NCBI GenBank assembly: GCA_963674945.2
Contig: CAXXWQ010000003.1
Span: 1,792,001-1,856,000, forward strand
DNA length: 64,000 nt
Direction: 5' to 3'
From: an uncultured Desulfosarcina sp.
Lineage (GTDB): Bacteria; Desulfobacterota; Desulfobacteria; Desulfobacterales; Desulfosarcinaceae
Part shown: positions 37,630 to 47,792 of the stretch, one piece after another
How positions within the stretch are numbered: the first letter of the stretch is position 1
Layout: each line of letters opens with the position of its first letter
Program-made: the position numbers and the translations under genes
Notes under the pieces: generated by a model
Database searches by the model: none
Told to the model about the DNA's origin: nothing
The model's input: only the letters and a program-made list of their open reading frames with translations

Positions 37630-39957
37630 TCACTCCCCCATTGCTTCCACATATTGTTTCATGAAAACCAGATTTTGATCCTCGGGATTCATTTTCATGG
37701 CCTTTCCCAGAAGTGCCAGCGCTTTCTCTTTTTGTCCGTTTGCGGCAAGGTACTTGATATAAATCTGATACAGTCGCACTTCATAGGGAAAGTCGGTGAT
37801 CCCGCGCTCCAGCGTCTCGACCATGTTCTCTTCCTCCCCCAGGCTGCTTTGGGTATAGGCCAGGTAAAGATAGACATCCTTGTCTGCTTTTACGGCAAGG
37901 GCCTGGGTCAGGGATTGATGGGCATCACCGTACCTCCTTTGGTTGAAAGCCTCGACGCCTTTGGTTTTCAACTGTTCGAATCGCTCGTCCAACGCTTCGG
38001 CAGTGATATCCGTATCGTCCACAAGAACGACCAGCCGCCCATGGGGAAAAGGAGAATCCAACAGGCTTTTTACCAGCACATCGCCTTCGATTTGAAGGTT
38101 CCTGATATTCGTGGTACCAAAATAGTTGCCCTCGAGCACCACCTTGGTTTCGGAACGAAAATTTGTTCGATGATTGTCGAACAGATTGCAGTCTTGTAAC
38201 GAAAGATCACCCTCTACCAAGTCCAGTCCAACCTCGTTCCCCGTTACCGTACTCGCTTCGATGCTTCCTTTTCCACCTGCCATCGCGATACCCCGGGAAA
38301 AGCCGCTGACGCGTCCCTTTTCTATAGCCAGGACACCATCTTTGTCGACAACGACGCCGTCGCCGGTCTCACCTTCGATGGAAACGGCTGCCATCCGAAC
38401 ACTACCGCCGCGCACTGTGGCGCATGGATTACATCCTCGAATGATGGCATCGGTCAGATTGGCCTGGCCGTTTTCCCCAACGACGATTCCCTTCCATCCT
38501 TCTCCTTCAAAGATAACGGGTCGCTCTTCGGAACCATTGACATTCAATATGCCGCTGACGGAAATGGCTGCATCCGGTCCCAACTTCACCTTTGACCCCG
38601 CCCCGATGTCCAACACATTTCCATGGGAAATCATTGCCGTCTCATTTATCCGGTAAACCCCGGATACCAGATTACCTGTCAGATCGCCGCTAAGGACCAC
38701 CTCGTGGAAATAAGGCATGGTCACCCGGATGGTTTGCAGGGATGGGGAAGTATTACCTGCCAGATCAACGGATCGAATCCGGTAATAATAGACATTGCCC
38801 TGACTTACATCCGCATCCAGATAGGTCAGGTCCTTGGACATCGCCGCGGTCTGGAAATCACCGACGGCCGATTTGCTTTTTTCTACGGCAAAGGTGGACA
38901 GCTCTTCGCCTTTTGGCAAATCCCAGGAAAGGCGAATCCCTTCTCGGCTGGCCTGGGCCTTGGTTCGTTCCACGGCAGGCGGCAAGACGCCGTCCATGGA
39001 AACCGTACCACCTGCTTCGAGCCATATACGCTCCACGCCGTTGGAACGCGAGAGACGAATCTGCAAGGGTTGGTTGGATACCTCATCACCCGCCTGGACC
39101 ACGTAAAATCCCTTATACGTACCCTGGCCATCGTGGGCCAGAGGCAGATTCTTTTTGAAATCTCCGAGATCAAAGCTGCAGGTTAAATCCTTTTCGGCGA
39201 CCACTTCGACGGATACCCGATCGCCCAGTGCAAAAATCTTCTTGTCGATATTCGAGTCCACGTAAACGACATCGGGCAAACGCTTTCCAAGGGGATTGTC
39301 AGGCATGAACTGACATACCTTCCATCCCCAGTCGTAAATCACCAGCCGCATCTGTTTCCTGGCCGACTCGTCGAGCAGGGCTCCGGCGATGGTCGACGCA
39401 ATCCCAACGGGACTCGTGGGGATGGCGATTTTCCGTTTGGAAGACCCATCGCTCCATCGTCCCAGTTCCTCATTCGTCTTGCTGACCAGTTTGATTGTTG
39501 CCTCGATCTTGAAAAGATCGTATGCAACGGCCGTCACCATGGTTGCAGTACCGATTTCGACATAGACGAGCCCATCCACAGAAAGGGTTTCGCATAGCTT
39601 TTCGGCCGATTGCTCCTGCCAATCTTCATCCGGCAGTGTCTGGTCCACCGCCCCCATGATCCGCATGTCGTATCCCTTGCCGGCGAGCTGGTTGTGGATC
39701 ACACTGCGCGCCAATTCGGCGATGAACTTCCCCTTTTCACTGGTCCCATCCAGGGGAAACTCCCCCGGTGTTTCGGCGGGCAAGGAAAGATACGTCGCCG
39801 GCAAGACAGCGAGTTTCGCCGGAATCATCGTCTCCTCGACGTAGGAGACCTCCGGAGGCTTTTCAAATTTCGCGCAGGATGTCGCGACGACGGTAAAAGC
39901 GAAGAATCCCAACAAAATCCTTCCAATTGCGAATATGCGATTGCGATCCCATGCCAT
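37630..39957 (-). CDS. multidomain lipoprotein (DUF799/GNA1162-like, FN3, beta-helix, TPR)
   Basis: Lipobox ATS-C; LAVLP...LAGKGY...VDGLVY; FN3 LSW...YYYRIRSVDLAGN; beta-helix GWKGI; C-terminal TPRs. Confidence 0.75.
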   Translation of the reverse strand: MAWDRNRIFAIGRILLGFFAFTVVATSCAKFEKPPEVSYVEETMIPAKLAVLPATYLSLPAETPGEFPLDGTSEKGKFIAELARSVIHNQLAGKGYDMRIMGAVDQTLPDEDWQEQSAEKLCETLSVDGLVYVEIGTATMVTAVAYDLFKIEATIKLVSKTNEELGRWSDGSSKRKIAIPTSPVGIASTIAGALLDESARKQMRLVIYDWGWKVCQFMPDNPLGKRLPDVVYVDSNIDKKIFALGDRVSVEVVAEKDLTCSFDLGDFKKNLPLAHDGQGTYKGFYVVQAGDEVSNQPLQIRLSRSNGVERIWLEAGGTVSMDGVLPPAVERTKAQASREGIRLSWDLPKGEELSTFAVEKSKSAVGDFQTAAMSKDLTYLDADVSQGNVYYYRIRSVDLAGNTSPSLQTIRVTMPYFHEVVLSGDLTGNLVSGVYRINETAMISHGNVLDIGAGSKVKLGPDAAISVSGILNVNGSEERPVIFEGEGWKGIVVGENGQANLTDAIIRGCNPCATVRGGSVRMAAVSIEGETGDGVVVDKDGVLAIEKGRVSGFSRGIAMAGGKGSIEASTVTGNEVGLDLVEGDLSLQDCNLFDNHRTNFRSETKVVLEGNYFGTTNIRNLQIEGDVLVKSLLDSPFPHGRLVVLVDDTDITAEALDERFEQLKTKGVEAFNQRRYGDAHQSLTQALAVKADKDVYLYLAYTQSSLGEEENMVETLERGITDFPYEVRLYQIYIKYLAANGQKEKALALLGKAMKMNPEDQNLVFMKQYVEAMGE

Positions 39958-42158
39958 CAGGTCTCCCCTCCCTTTCGCAGAATGCGGTTTACATCCAAAC
40001 GACTCGTCGTTCCCATCACCGTCTTGACTTCACCGGAAAGCGTCAGATGTTTATCCGCAAGGATAAATCGCCCGCTCCCCCTGGCAGTGAACAGTGGCCC
40101 CACCAACGTAAAGCGGTCCACTTCAAGGCGTCCCGCCTGAAACCTGGAATCTACAACCCCGCGACGAAGGGTGAGGGAATCGTCCGATTCCGAGGTGATG
40201 CCACCGGCCTCGAGGATATCCAGGATGAATCCCAGTCGAGGGTCCAGGCCGGAGACCCGGCTTACCTTGGCCCGGGTTACCGTCAACATCAACTCCCCTT
40301 CGGCTCCGTCGATAACTTCTTTCGGTGTATCTCCCTGTGCCGAGAAACTGCCGGAGACGAAAAGTCTTCCCGCCAGGTAAACCGGAAGCGTCTTGGAAAA
40401 ACAGGCAACCAGGGAGTTCAGATCCACGTCGGTTCCATGGGTCTCCACACCGGCGATCAACCGGCCCGGTGGCATGAGATAGGCATCCAGCTTCAGGTTC
40501 ATTCCACACATGCGAACCGATGAATTGAGCAAAGCCTGCTTTTCTTTCACCACCAATAGAAGATTCACGTCATTGAATCGTGTTAGACCATCGAGTTGGA
40601 ATGTCTTGACACGGGCCTTTGCAGAAAAATCCTTGCCGGGAATCAAATCGGCGTCGAATGGTCGATCGAAAAAATTTTGATTGTTATTTAGATGTTCCGG
40701 TGCCTTTGATACCATGCGCAGGACTTTCAGGTGGGAAAGCCAAACCTCAACATCGGTCTTTTCAGATCCGGGAACAACCACCAGGCCGTCGGCGGATATG
40801 TCGAGGGAGGGACTGCGGTACGTCAGGTCCACGGGCACTTTTGAGGTGCCGTTTTTTTCCATATGCAGATCAAGCGTGGAATCGAAAATTCTCAATTCGT
40901 CGATGGCGCAACGGACGATGGCATCTTTCATCTCCAATGGCAATTGAAACGCACCGGAAATCTCTCCCGCCCCTCCTTTGGAGGAATCGAAGGAGAGCTG
41001 TTGCACCTGGATGGATGGGACGCCGTTGACGATTGTTACCGTCGATTCGAGTCGAGTGATCGTGAGCCGCTGCTCTTGATCGGTTTGGGAAACGAGATCC
41101 AACACAAGGTCCTCGGCGGAAATCTGCATTTTCCCGTCTGCAATGCCGCCCATGCCCCCCGATTCGGACAAGGGATCTTCTCCCTTCAACGAAAGGGACG
41201 AGATACGAATTGTACCGGAAGGAACCACACGCTTGAATTTTCCCCTGGCGAGCAGGTCGTCCATCGCCCTCTTTGCATCGACGTTCTGGGCGATCCAATC
41301 CAGAGCCGATTTCACATCCACGACACCTTCGGTACAATGTGCATCCACCAAACGGCCTTGGAATAACTTGGCATCCAGGCCGCGGAGGCGAACCTGATCG
41401 AGATTCAGCGTTTCGGCCGAAAAACCGATCTCTTTTGCCTGTTTGTCGATGGTAATCTGAAAGGTCTCGGCATCCATGACCTGAATGTCGGGAAGGCGGG
41501 CGGCCGCATCCTCCGTCAGATATTGGAAATCAAGAAGAAATTGTTTTACTGCGGCAGGCTTGAACGTCCCTTTGGCGGCATCGACCGAAAATCGCAGGGG
41601 ATCAAGGGCAAGGATATCGATCGTGCCGACGAATTGAAGCCCGATCTCCTCGATATTCGCCTGCGTCAACTGGACTAAGATTCGTTTCTCCGTTTTTTCG
41701 GCCTGTGCCGTCAGGGTAACAGGCAGACGAGTCCCCTGTTCGCCTTCAAGAACGAATTGCCCGCGGTTGACGACCACCTTGGTCTGGGGAATGGTATCGA
41801 AGGAAATGGTTTGTTTTTCATCGTTTCCCTCTTTCCCAAACCCCCTGGCGTGCACGACAGGATCATCGAGAATGGTTTTTTTTACATTGATTTCTCCACG
41901 CAGAATATGACGGAAGTCAGGAAAAAGTTCTATCTTCGGTACGTTGAGAAGGTGCGGCCCTCTTTTCACTTGAAGATCGGTAAGTACGATGGCGGGCAGG
42001 GGAAAGTAGCGGACATCGAAACCGGCGAATTGAATGTCCATGCCGGTGAGTCTGCTGGCGATGACATCGCTCTGGCTTTTCAGCCAGAAGGATGTACCGA
42101 CCAGCAGGATGACGATGATCAAAAAAGATGCACCGACGATCAATCCCAGCTTTTTCAT
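39957..42158 (-). CDS. AsmA-like protein
   Basis: N-terminal anchor, P.IVL.DL, beta-rich body, C-terminal G.L...F.LVGP.FTARGSG...L.L.G; GGAGG SD. Confidence 0.75.
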   Translation of the reverse strand: MKKLGLIVGASFLIIVILLVGTSFWLKSQSDVIASRLTGMDIQFAGFDVRYFPLPAIVLTDLQVKRGPHLLNVPKIELFPDFRHILRGEINVKKTILDDPVVHARGFGKEGNDEKQTISFDTIPQTKVVVNRGQFVLEGEQGTRLPVTLTAQAEKTEKRILVQLTQANIEEIGLQFVGTIDILALDPLRFSVDAAKGTFKPAAVKQFLLDFQYLTEDAAARLPDIQVMDAETFQITIDKQAKEIGFSAETLNLDQVRLRGLDAKLFQGRLVDAHCTEGVVDVKSALDWIAQNVDAKRAMDDLLARGKFKRVVPSGTIRISSLSLKGEDPLSESGGMGGIADGKMQISAEDLVLDLVSQTDQEQRLTITRLESTVTIVNGVPSIQVQQLSFDSSKGGAGEISGAFQLPLEMKDAIVRCAIDELRIFDSTLDLHMEKNGTSKVPVDLTYRSPSLDISADGLVVVPGSEKTDVEVWLSHLKVLRMVSKAPEHLNNNQNFFDRPFDADLIPGKDFSAKARVKTFQLDGLTRFNDVNLLLVVKEKQALLNSSVRMCGMNLKLDAYLMPPGRLIAGVETHGTDVDLNSLVACFSKTLPVYLAGRLFVSGSFSAQGDTPKEVIDGAEGELMLTVTRAKVSRVSGLDPRLGFILDILEAGGITSESDDSLTLRRGVVDSRFQAGRLEVDRFTLVGPLFTARGSGRFILADKHLTLSGEVKTVMGTTSRLDVNRILRKGGET

Positions 42159-42205
42159 ATTGACCTCCCCTTCTCTGGCCGATCCGGGAAAGGCATAGGA
42201 GGTGA

Positions 42206-42246
42206 AATGGCCCGCACCCCATCGCTTCGAAGGGGGACGGGCCATT
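42206..42246. other. intra-operon stem-loop
   Basis: AATGGCCCG...CGGGCCATT outer stem with CCCC/GGGG inner pairing. Confidence 0.45.
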
Positions 42247-42270
42247 CGGGGGTGTTCCTTGGGGATCGAC

Positions 42271-43170
42271 CTATTTTAGAATGAAAACCACGCGCGCCTG
42301 GGACAGGATGTTGGTGTTTTTATCATGAACGTAAATCGCCGCCGCATCGTCTTCGGAGATTTTGGCATCGGTTAATTTTCGCACGTCCGTGCTTTTGACG
42401 AGCATGGGATTTTTACTTCCCCAGCTATCGAGAAGTGCCTTTGCCTTTCCGTCATCGGTTGTAAATCCGCCACATCCGCGCTCGACCAAAACATTGCTCA
42501 AGATCTTGGAAGGTTCGAAAACCACTTCCTCCTTGTCGGTAAGCACCCGATTGACCAGTGCGGGACGGAACTGAAAGTCACGTACATCGATGATCAGGCC
42601 GTCGTGGGGATTTGTCAATTGAGAAGGTGCTTTCACCTCGGCTCCTTTTCCGGTGTCTTCAGTCGTTGTCTGGGCACCGGTCACCTTGGTTACGGCAGCG
42701 GCGGAAGGTTGGAATTCCGGCTGTTTCTCGGGGATGATCTTATCATCCTGAATAATGGGCAACAGGATTTCATACAGCCCTCCCTGGCCCCGGATGTTCA
42801 TCCGCATGCACACCTCGGCATATCCCTTATTCTCATGGTATTTCTGACCACATTTGGTGGCACCGCGCAAGAAGCCCTCTACGCTGGTTTTGATTTCATC
42901 ACTCATGAGCATTCCGTCTTTGACCGACGTGTTCCCGTATAGACTCAACCCTTGCAGAATTTCCACCATGTCACGCTGGGCGACGACCTGGGCAGCCCGC
43001 AAGGCCTTATACCGTGATTGTCCCTCCTCCGAAAACCCAATGACCTGCAGATACCCCTCTCCGAAAACCTTGACCGGATCGGTCACGGCCTGCATGTTGT
43101 CCTGCGCCCAGGCGCTTGAAAACAAACACACGATAAGAAGAAAAGCGCTTACACCCAGTTTCCTATTCAT
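42271..43170 (-). CDS. exported LPP20/FlgP-like protein
   Basis: Signal peptide AWA; ALRAAQVVAQRDMVEILQG...TSVKD.ML.SDEIKTSVEGFLRGA; second domain GLIIDVR...PAL. Confidence 0.7.
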   Translation of the reverse strand: MNRKLGVSAFLLIVCLFSSAWAQDNMQAVTDPVKVFGEGYLQVIGFSEEGQSRYKALRAAQVVAQRDMVEILQGLSLYGNTSVKDGMLMSDEIKTSVEGFLRGATKCGQKYHENKGYAEVCMRMNIRGQGGLYEILLPIIQDDKIIPEKQPEFQPSAAAVTKVTGAQTTTEDTGKGAEVKAPSQLTNPHDGLIIDVRDFQFRPALVNRVLTDKEEVVFEPSKILSNVLVERGCGGFTTDDGKAKALLDSWGSKNPMLVKSTDVRKLTDAKISEDDAAAIYVHDKNTNILSQARVVFILK

Positions 43171-43189
43171 CGTAATCCCCCTCTTTCAA

Positions 43190-44392
43190 TTAGTATATGT
43201 TCATTGCGTCACGTAACCGTAAAACCGCCAGCAAAAGTTCCGCGCCATCCACCGTTGCGTCCGGTCGAAAGGCCCCGGAAAGCCCGGACTCCATTAGATT
43301 TCGGCTGACGGCATTCATCACGGCATTGAACCAAGGTGAATTCGGCGATACATCCGGAAACGGCGATTTTTTCTGCCCGAAAAAAGCCGTGGGAATGGTC
43401 TCATCTCCCGTAATTTTTGTGAGTACGTCTTCGAGGATGAATGCCAGCTCTTTGCGTTTGATGTTACCATCCGGAACGAAAAGATAGGCACGCGTGGTTT
43501 CATCATAAGCAGGTTCCAAGCCCCGCAAATTCCACTTCAGGACGGTCATGACCTCGGACTGGAAAGGATGATTGACCACGTCGGCTGGTGTGAAATCGGC
43601 CTTGGGATCTGTGCCGGGTACGGGAATGCGACCCGCCATCAGACGGTCCAGGTGAATTTCGTCAACCAAAAGGGCCGCCACATCCGATCGAACCACTTCA
43701 TCCTTGATGGCAATCTTCCCGGCCACGTCCGTCAGTGTGTAGTTTGCCATGGCCCGGACGATCTTATGGACCTTCTTGAAAAGTGCAGCGGCCGGCTGAT
43801 GCCATCTCCCCGGAGGTGCCTTCGTGACATTGGACAAAAGATCCTCGGCATCCCTGAAATGCAATGCCCGAAAGGCAGCCAATCCCATGAAGTAGTCTTT
43901 CGCCTCTTCGCCGCGATAATAGAGGAGCTCTCCCCGATCCACATGTTTCAATCGTGAAGTACGATCATAAAGGTCCTGGGCCTCCTCGATCCAATCTTTG
44001 GGTTTCCCATGGGTGAAAACCCGGATTCCCGTCACCCAGACCGAAAACTTTTCACTGTCGCTGTCCGCGAACCCCTTCGCGTCGTCAAAAAATTCCATGG
44101 CCCGTTCCCATTCCACGGACCGATGGTTCCCATCGTCATAGCCCTCTGCCTTCATGGCGGAAACGAGAGCCATGCCGGCGTGGGCTTGCGGATATTCGGG
44201 ATCCAGCTGGATGGCGCGTTTGAAATGCGATTCTGCCTGGCCGATATCACCCTTGTCCAAAAGGTCCATCCCCTGCAGGAAATGATGAGGCGGATTGTCT
44301 TCTGCGGACATGGGGATTATGCCCTTGGTCGCACATCCGGAAATTGCCAAAACCAATGTAATAAAAGAAAAAAATATCAGAAACCGTTTCAT
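43190..44392 (-). CDS. TPR + S-layer homology (SLH) lipoprotein
   Basis: Lipobox ISG-C; TPR; SLH-like ADV..HPF...F.PDG.IKRKELA and PFPDV...PWF.AV...FRPD..VDGAE. Confidence 0.82.
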   Translation of the reverse strand: MKRFLIFFSFITLVLAISGCATKGIIPMSAEDNPPHHFLQGMDLLDKGDIGQAESHFKRAIQLDPEYPQAHAGMALVSAMKAEGYDDGNHRSVEWERAMEFFDDAKGFADSDSEKFSVWVTGIRVFTHGKPKDWIEEAQDLYDRTSRLKHVDRGELLYYRGEEAKDYFMGLAAFRALHFRDAEDLLSNVTKAPPGRWHQPAAALFKKVHKIVRAMANYTLTDVAGKIAIKDEVVRSDVAALLVDEIHLDRLMAGRIPVPGTDPKADFTPADVVNHPFQSEVMTVLKWNLRGLEPAYDETTRAYLFVPDGNIKRKELAFILEDVLTKITGDETIPTAFFGQKKSPFPDVSPNSPWFNAVMNAVSRNLMESGLSGAFRPDATVDGAELLLAVLRLRDAMNIY

Positions 44393-44668
44393 TCTTCCTC
44401 CCTTGTCTCCTTTTGTTCGTTTATCGCGGTTCGTGATCGAACATCCATGGTACGAAAAACCGATTTTGGCCTTCTCAAAAGCCCCGCCGCTGGTGAAAGG
44501 GGACTCTGTGTCGAGAATCTTTGAAGAAAGAACATCCTGATTTTAAATTGTAAACTGTACGACCATTTGCTGCCTGAATGAGAAAGGATCCCGCGTCCCG
44601 AAACGTTTTCAAATATCGAAAACGCTGCTTATACGGTAGCACGGCAGGACCGGTTTACACAAAATGAG

Positions 44669-44697
44669 AGTATGACAAGAATGGACCTTCATGTCAA
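44669..44697 (-). promoter_or_regulatory. candidate sigma70 promoter of the envelope operon
   Basis: TTGACA-17 nt-CATACT with an extended -10 TG. Confidence 0.45.
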
Positions 44698-44759
44698 TTA
44701 CTCTTTCTCTGGTCCGAGGTGGTTGCATTGTGGTTTTATGAATTTGAAAGAATGGATGA

Positions 44760-45734
44760 TCAGGCTAAAAGTGAGAAAATGATCAATGGCAGTGCGTTGT
44801 AGTTGAATTTCACGATCGTTACGCCTGCAAGAAGATAAAAGGCCTTTTTCATGTGCTTGTCGTTCACCCGCTGCCAGATCGTCTCGACTGCCCTGCCGGC
44901 ACGAAGCCTGATCACATTTTTGCTGTAACGGACATTTTTTTCAAACAAATCCGGACAGTTGGTTATGCTATGTTTCAGCTTCGTGCCATTTGACTGGATT
45001 TTTTTCAGCAACTTGGTCTCGGCCCCCATCACCTTGGTATCTTTGCGACGCAAGGCATCCAGGAAGGCCGTTCGGCTGGAAGCGCAGGCGGAATAGGTCA
45101 CCGCACTTCCCATCTGTTGAACCTTGTGACCGTCGCTTCCACCGGTGACGCAGCGATCGAGATTGAACCCCAAAAGGGCACTTTTCATATTCCAGCGCTT
45201 TAGATTCTCCGAATTGATCACCTCTACGCCGTCGGCCATATGCAGAAGCCGGTGGAGGCGTGAAGGAGAAAAGCTATGGTTGCAAACCCCTGTAAATGCC
45301 GCCGAATAGGGATGCGGGAAAATTACCACGCCGTCGTATTTTCTGGCACATTGAACAATGGACATCACATCCAGACCGATTGAAGACATTACCGTTGGCC
45401 CCATATGCGGCTGGATTTCCTGGACAAAAAAGGCTTTCAGGTCGTCTATCCGGCAAAAATAGACCAGCACGTGGGTCCCTTCCCGTGAGGTCACCTCGAT
45501 TCCGGGAATGCTGAGAATGTCCTTGTAACCGTCGATTTCGACGGCACCAGCGATGGCGTTGTGGTCGGTAATGGCGATACCGATTCCCAACTCCCGGGCA
45601 CGATCCGCGATCTGGGGTATGGTATCGGCACCATCGGAATAGTGTGAATGAAAGTGCAGGTCGACTACGGTGTGGCGGTTTTTCAGGCTTTCCAGATTCG
45701 GAGTTTCAAATTGAATGCGGTTGGAATTGTCCAT
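44760..45734 (-). CDS. PHP-domain metallophosphoesterase with hydrophobic C-terminus
   Basis: VDLHFHSHYSDG, ITDHN, PGIEV, HP, GGSDGH. Confidence 0.88.
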   Translation of the reverse strand: MDNSNRIQFETPNLESLKNRHTVVDLHFHSHYSDGADTIPQIADRARELGIGIAITDHNAIAGAVEIDGYKDILSIPGIEVTSREGTHVLVYFCRIDDLKAFFVQEIQPHMGPTVMSSIGLDVMSIVQCARKYDGVVIFPHPYSAAFTGVCNHSFSPSRLHRLLHMADGVEVINSENLKRWNMKSALLGFNLDRCVTGGSDGHKVQQMGSAVTYSACASSRTAFLDALRRKDTKVMGAETKLLKKIQSNGTKLKHSITNCPDLFEKNVRYSKNVIRLRAGRAVETIWQRVNDKHMKKAFYLLAGVTIVKFNYNALPLIIFSLLA

Positions 45735-45786
45735 GCTTTTCCTTTACAGGGCAGCAGCGTGAATACAGGTGCGGTTCAAATCGTAA

Positions 45787-45814
45787 ATTGTAAGCAACCT
45801 GCCCCATGTGTCAA
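45787..45814 (-). promoter_or_regulatory. candidate sigma70 promoter of the PHP gene
   Basis: TTGACA-16 nt-TACAAT. Confidence 0.5.
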
Positions 45815-45997
45815 CTCTTTTTTTTCCGGGATGCGGTAGGATATCGTTTTTACCTTCGTATAATATCGGCACCAAGATCATTTTCTTTACAAAATTCGTT
45901 TCCGTAAGAAATCAATGGCCGGAAGGCGCCTGTCAAAGGCCTTGTCCCCTGTTTGGATCAGGCTTGAATTTGATAATGGAGGTGCTTATACTGAATC

Positions 45998-47785
45998 ATG
46001 ATGAACGAATACAATGAAAAAATACCCGACCCCAAGGAACTCGAAAAAGAACTCGGCGATTTTCTGGCAAAGAAATTTGGCGGCAGCGTTAAGTTGGCGA
46101 CACCCATCGTCATGCCCCAACCAGCCAAAACCGACGAAGCTGATTCACCAAAAAAGAAGCAAAAAACCATCAATTTCGATTTAAAGCCCAAGGACCTGAT
46201 CTCATACCTGGATCAATACATCGTCAAGCAAACACAGGCCAAGGACATACTGGCGACGAAGGTCTGTACCCATTTTAATCGCATCAAACACATCCAAAGC
46301 ACTTTCGACGATTTCACCGACATGGTCGGTGTCATCAAAAACAACGTGCTGATGCTGGGTCCCACCGGCGTGGGAAAGACCTACATGGTGCGCCTGATCG
46401 CAAAAAAAATCGGTGTCCCGTTTGTCAAGGGCGATGCAACCAAGTTCAGCGAGACAGGCTATGTGGGTGGCGATGTCGAAGACCTGGTCCGTGATCTCGT
46501 CAAAGAGGCAGGTGGAGACATCGAGTTGGCCCAGTATGGAATCATTTACATTGACGAGATCGATAAGATCGCCTCCAGCCAGAACCTTATCGGGGCGGAT
46601 GTCTCCCGGACCGGTGTCCAGCGGGCGTTGCTCAAACCCATGGAAGAAACCGATGTGGACCTGAAAGTTCCCCACGACCCGGTTTCCATGCTCCAGGAAA
46701 TCGACCGATTCAGAAAAACCGGGAAAAAAGAGAAAAGCAGTATCAACACGAAACATATTCTGTTTATCATGAGCGGTGCCTTTTCCGGACTGGAAAAAAT
46801 CATCTCTCGTCGCATTGCCGACCAGAAAATCGGCTTCGGCGCTTCGATCTCCACACCAACCGAAAAGATCGACATGCTCACGAAGGTAAAATCGGAGGAT
46901 CTCGTGTCCTTCGGATTCGAATCGGAGTTTGTCGGCCGCCTCCCCGTTCGCACCGTATTCGAACACCTCACGGAAAAAGACCTTTTCGACATCTTACAGA
47001 ATCCGAACAACCCGATTGTGTTGGGGAAAAAGCTCGATTTTGCCGCCTACGGCATTGACGTCAAATTTCAAACCGAAGCATTGGAACTGATAGCCCTTCG
47101 TGCCCATGGCGAAAACACCGGTGCACGGGGTTTGGTCAGTGCCGTTGAAGGGGCGCTGCTGCCATTTGAAAAGGCACTGCCCTCCAGCACGGTGACAAAC
47201 TTTGCCGTGACCCGGCAGGTGATCGAAAGCCCCGATGCGCATCTGAATCATTTGTTGGCAAATCCTGACGCCGCGGAATTCCGGCAAATCTTCGATGAAC
47301 TTTCCAAGCAGGAGTCAGAGCGAATCGTCAACTATGTTTCTGCGAATCGAATTACCTTTGGCGAAAAATACGGTATTCAATTAACGGATTCGAGAATCCA
47401 GCTTGCCGCCAAAACCTATAGTCTGCAGATCACGGACATGGATCGGGTGATGCAAAAGCTCAAAGCCCATTATGAAGAAACGAAAACCATAGAACTTTAC
47501 TTTATCAAGAATCATGGTATTAACATCGTCCTGGAGGAAGATGCCATCGACCATATTATCGAAAAATGCCTGACCCACCGACAGACGCCGGAAGGGTACT
47601 ATCGTAACTTGAAGGCGGATTTTGAATACGGCTTGAAATTGGTTCGGGAAAAGACGGGTCGAACCCGTTTCTTTATCACGAAAAACGCGCTGGAAAATCC
47701 AGAGCACTTCATCGCCGATCTCCTTCAGCAAAATGAGGGTGGCCTCCATCTGCTCCCAGACAACCAAAACCTTCCAAAAGGCTAA
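45998..47785 (+). CDS. ClpX-like AAA+ ATPase lacking the zinc finger, with C-terminal extension
   Basis: GPTGVGKT, GYVG pore loop, YIDEIDK, DVSRTGVQRALLK, KIGF, EFVGRLP, GARGL. Confidence 0.88.
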   Translation: MMNEYNEKIPDPKELEKELGDFLAKKFGGSVKLATPIVMPQPAKTDEADSPKKKQKTINFDLKPKDLISYLDQYIVKQTQAKDILATKVCTHFNRIKHIQSTFDDFTDMVGVIKNNVLMLGPTGVGKTYMVRLIAKKIGVPFVKGDATKFSETGYVGGDVEDLVRDLVKEAGGDIELAQYGIIYIDEIDKIASSQNLIGADVSRTGVQRALLKPMEETDVDLKVPHDPVSMLQEIDRFRKTGKKEKSSINTKHILFIMSGAFSGLEKIISRRIADQKIGFGASISTPTEKIDMLTKVKSEDLVSFGFESEFVGRLPVRTVFEHLTEKDLFDILQNPNNPIVLGKKLDFAAYGIDVKFQTEALELIALRAHGENTGARGLVSAVEGALLPFEKALPSSTVTNFAVTRQVIESPDAHLNHLLANPDAAEFRQIFDELSKQESERIVNYVSANRITFGEKYGIQLTDSRIQLAAKTYSLQITDMDRVMQKLKAHYEETKTIELYFIKNHGINIVLEEDAIDHIIEKCLTHRQTPEGYYRNLKADFEYGLKLVREKTGRTRFFITKNALENPEHFIADLLQQNEGGLHLLPDNQNLPKG

Positions 47786-47792
47786 AATCCCT

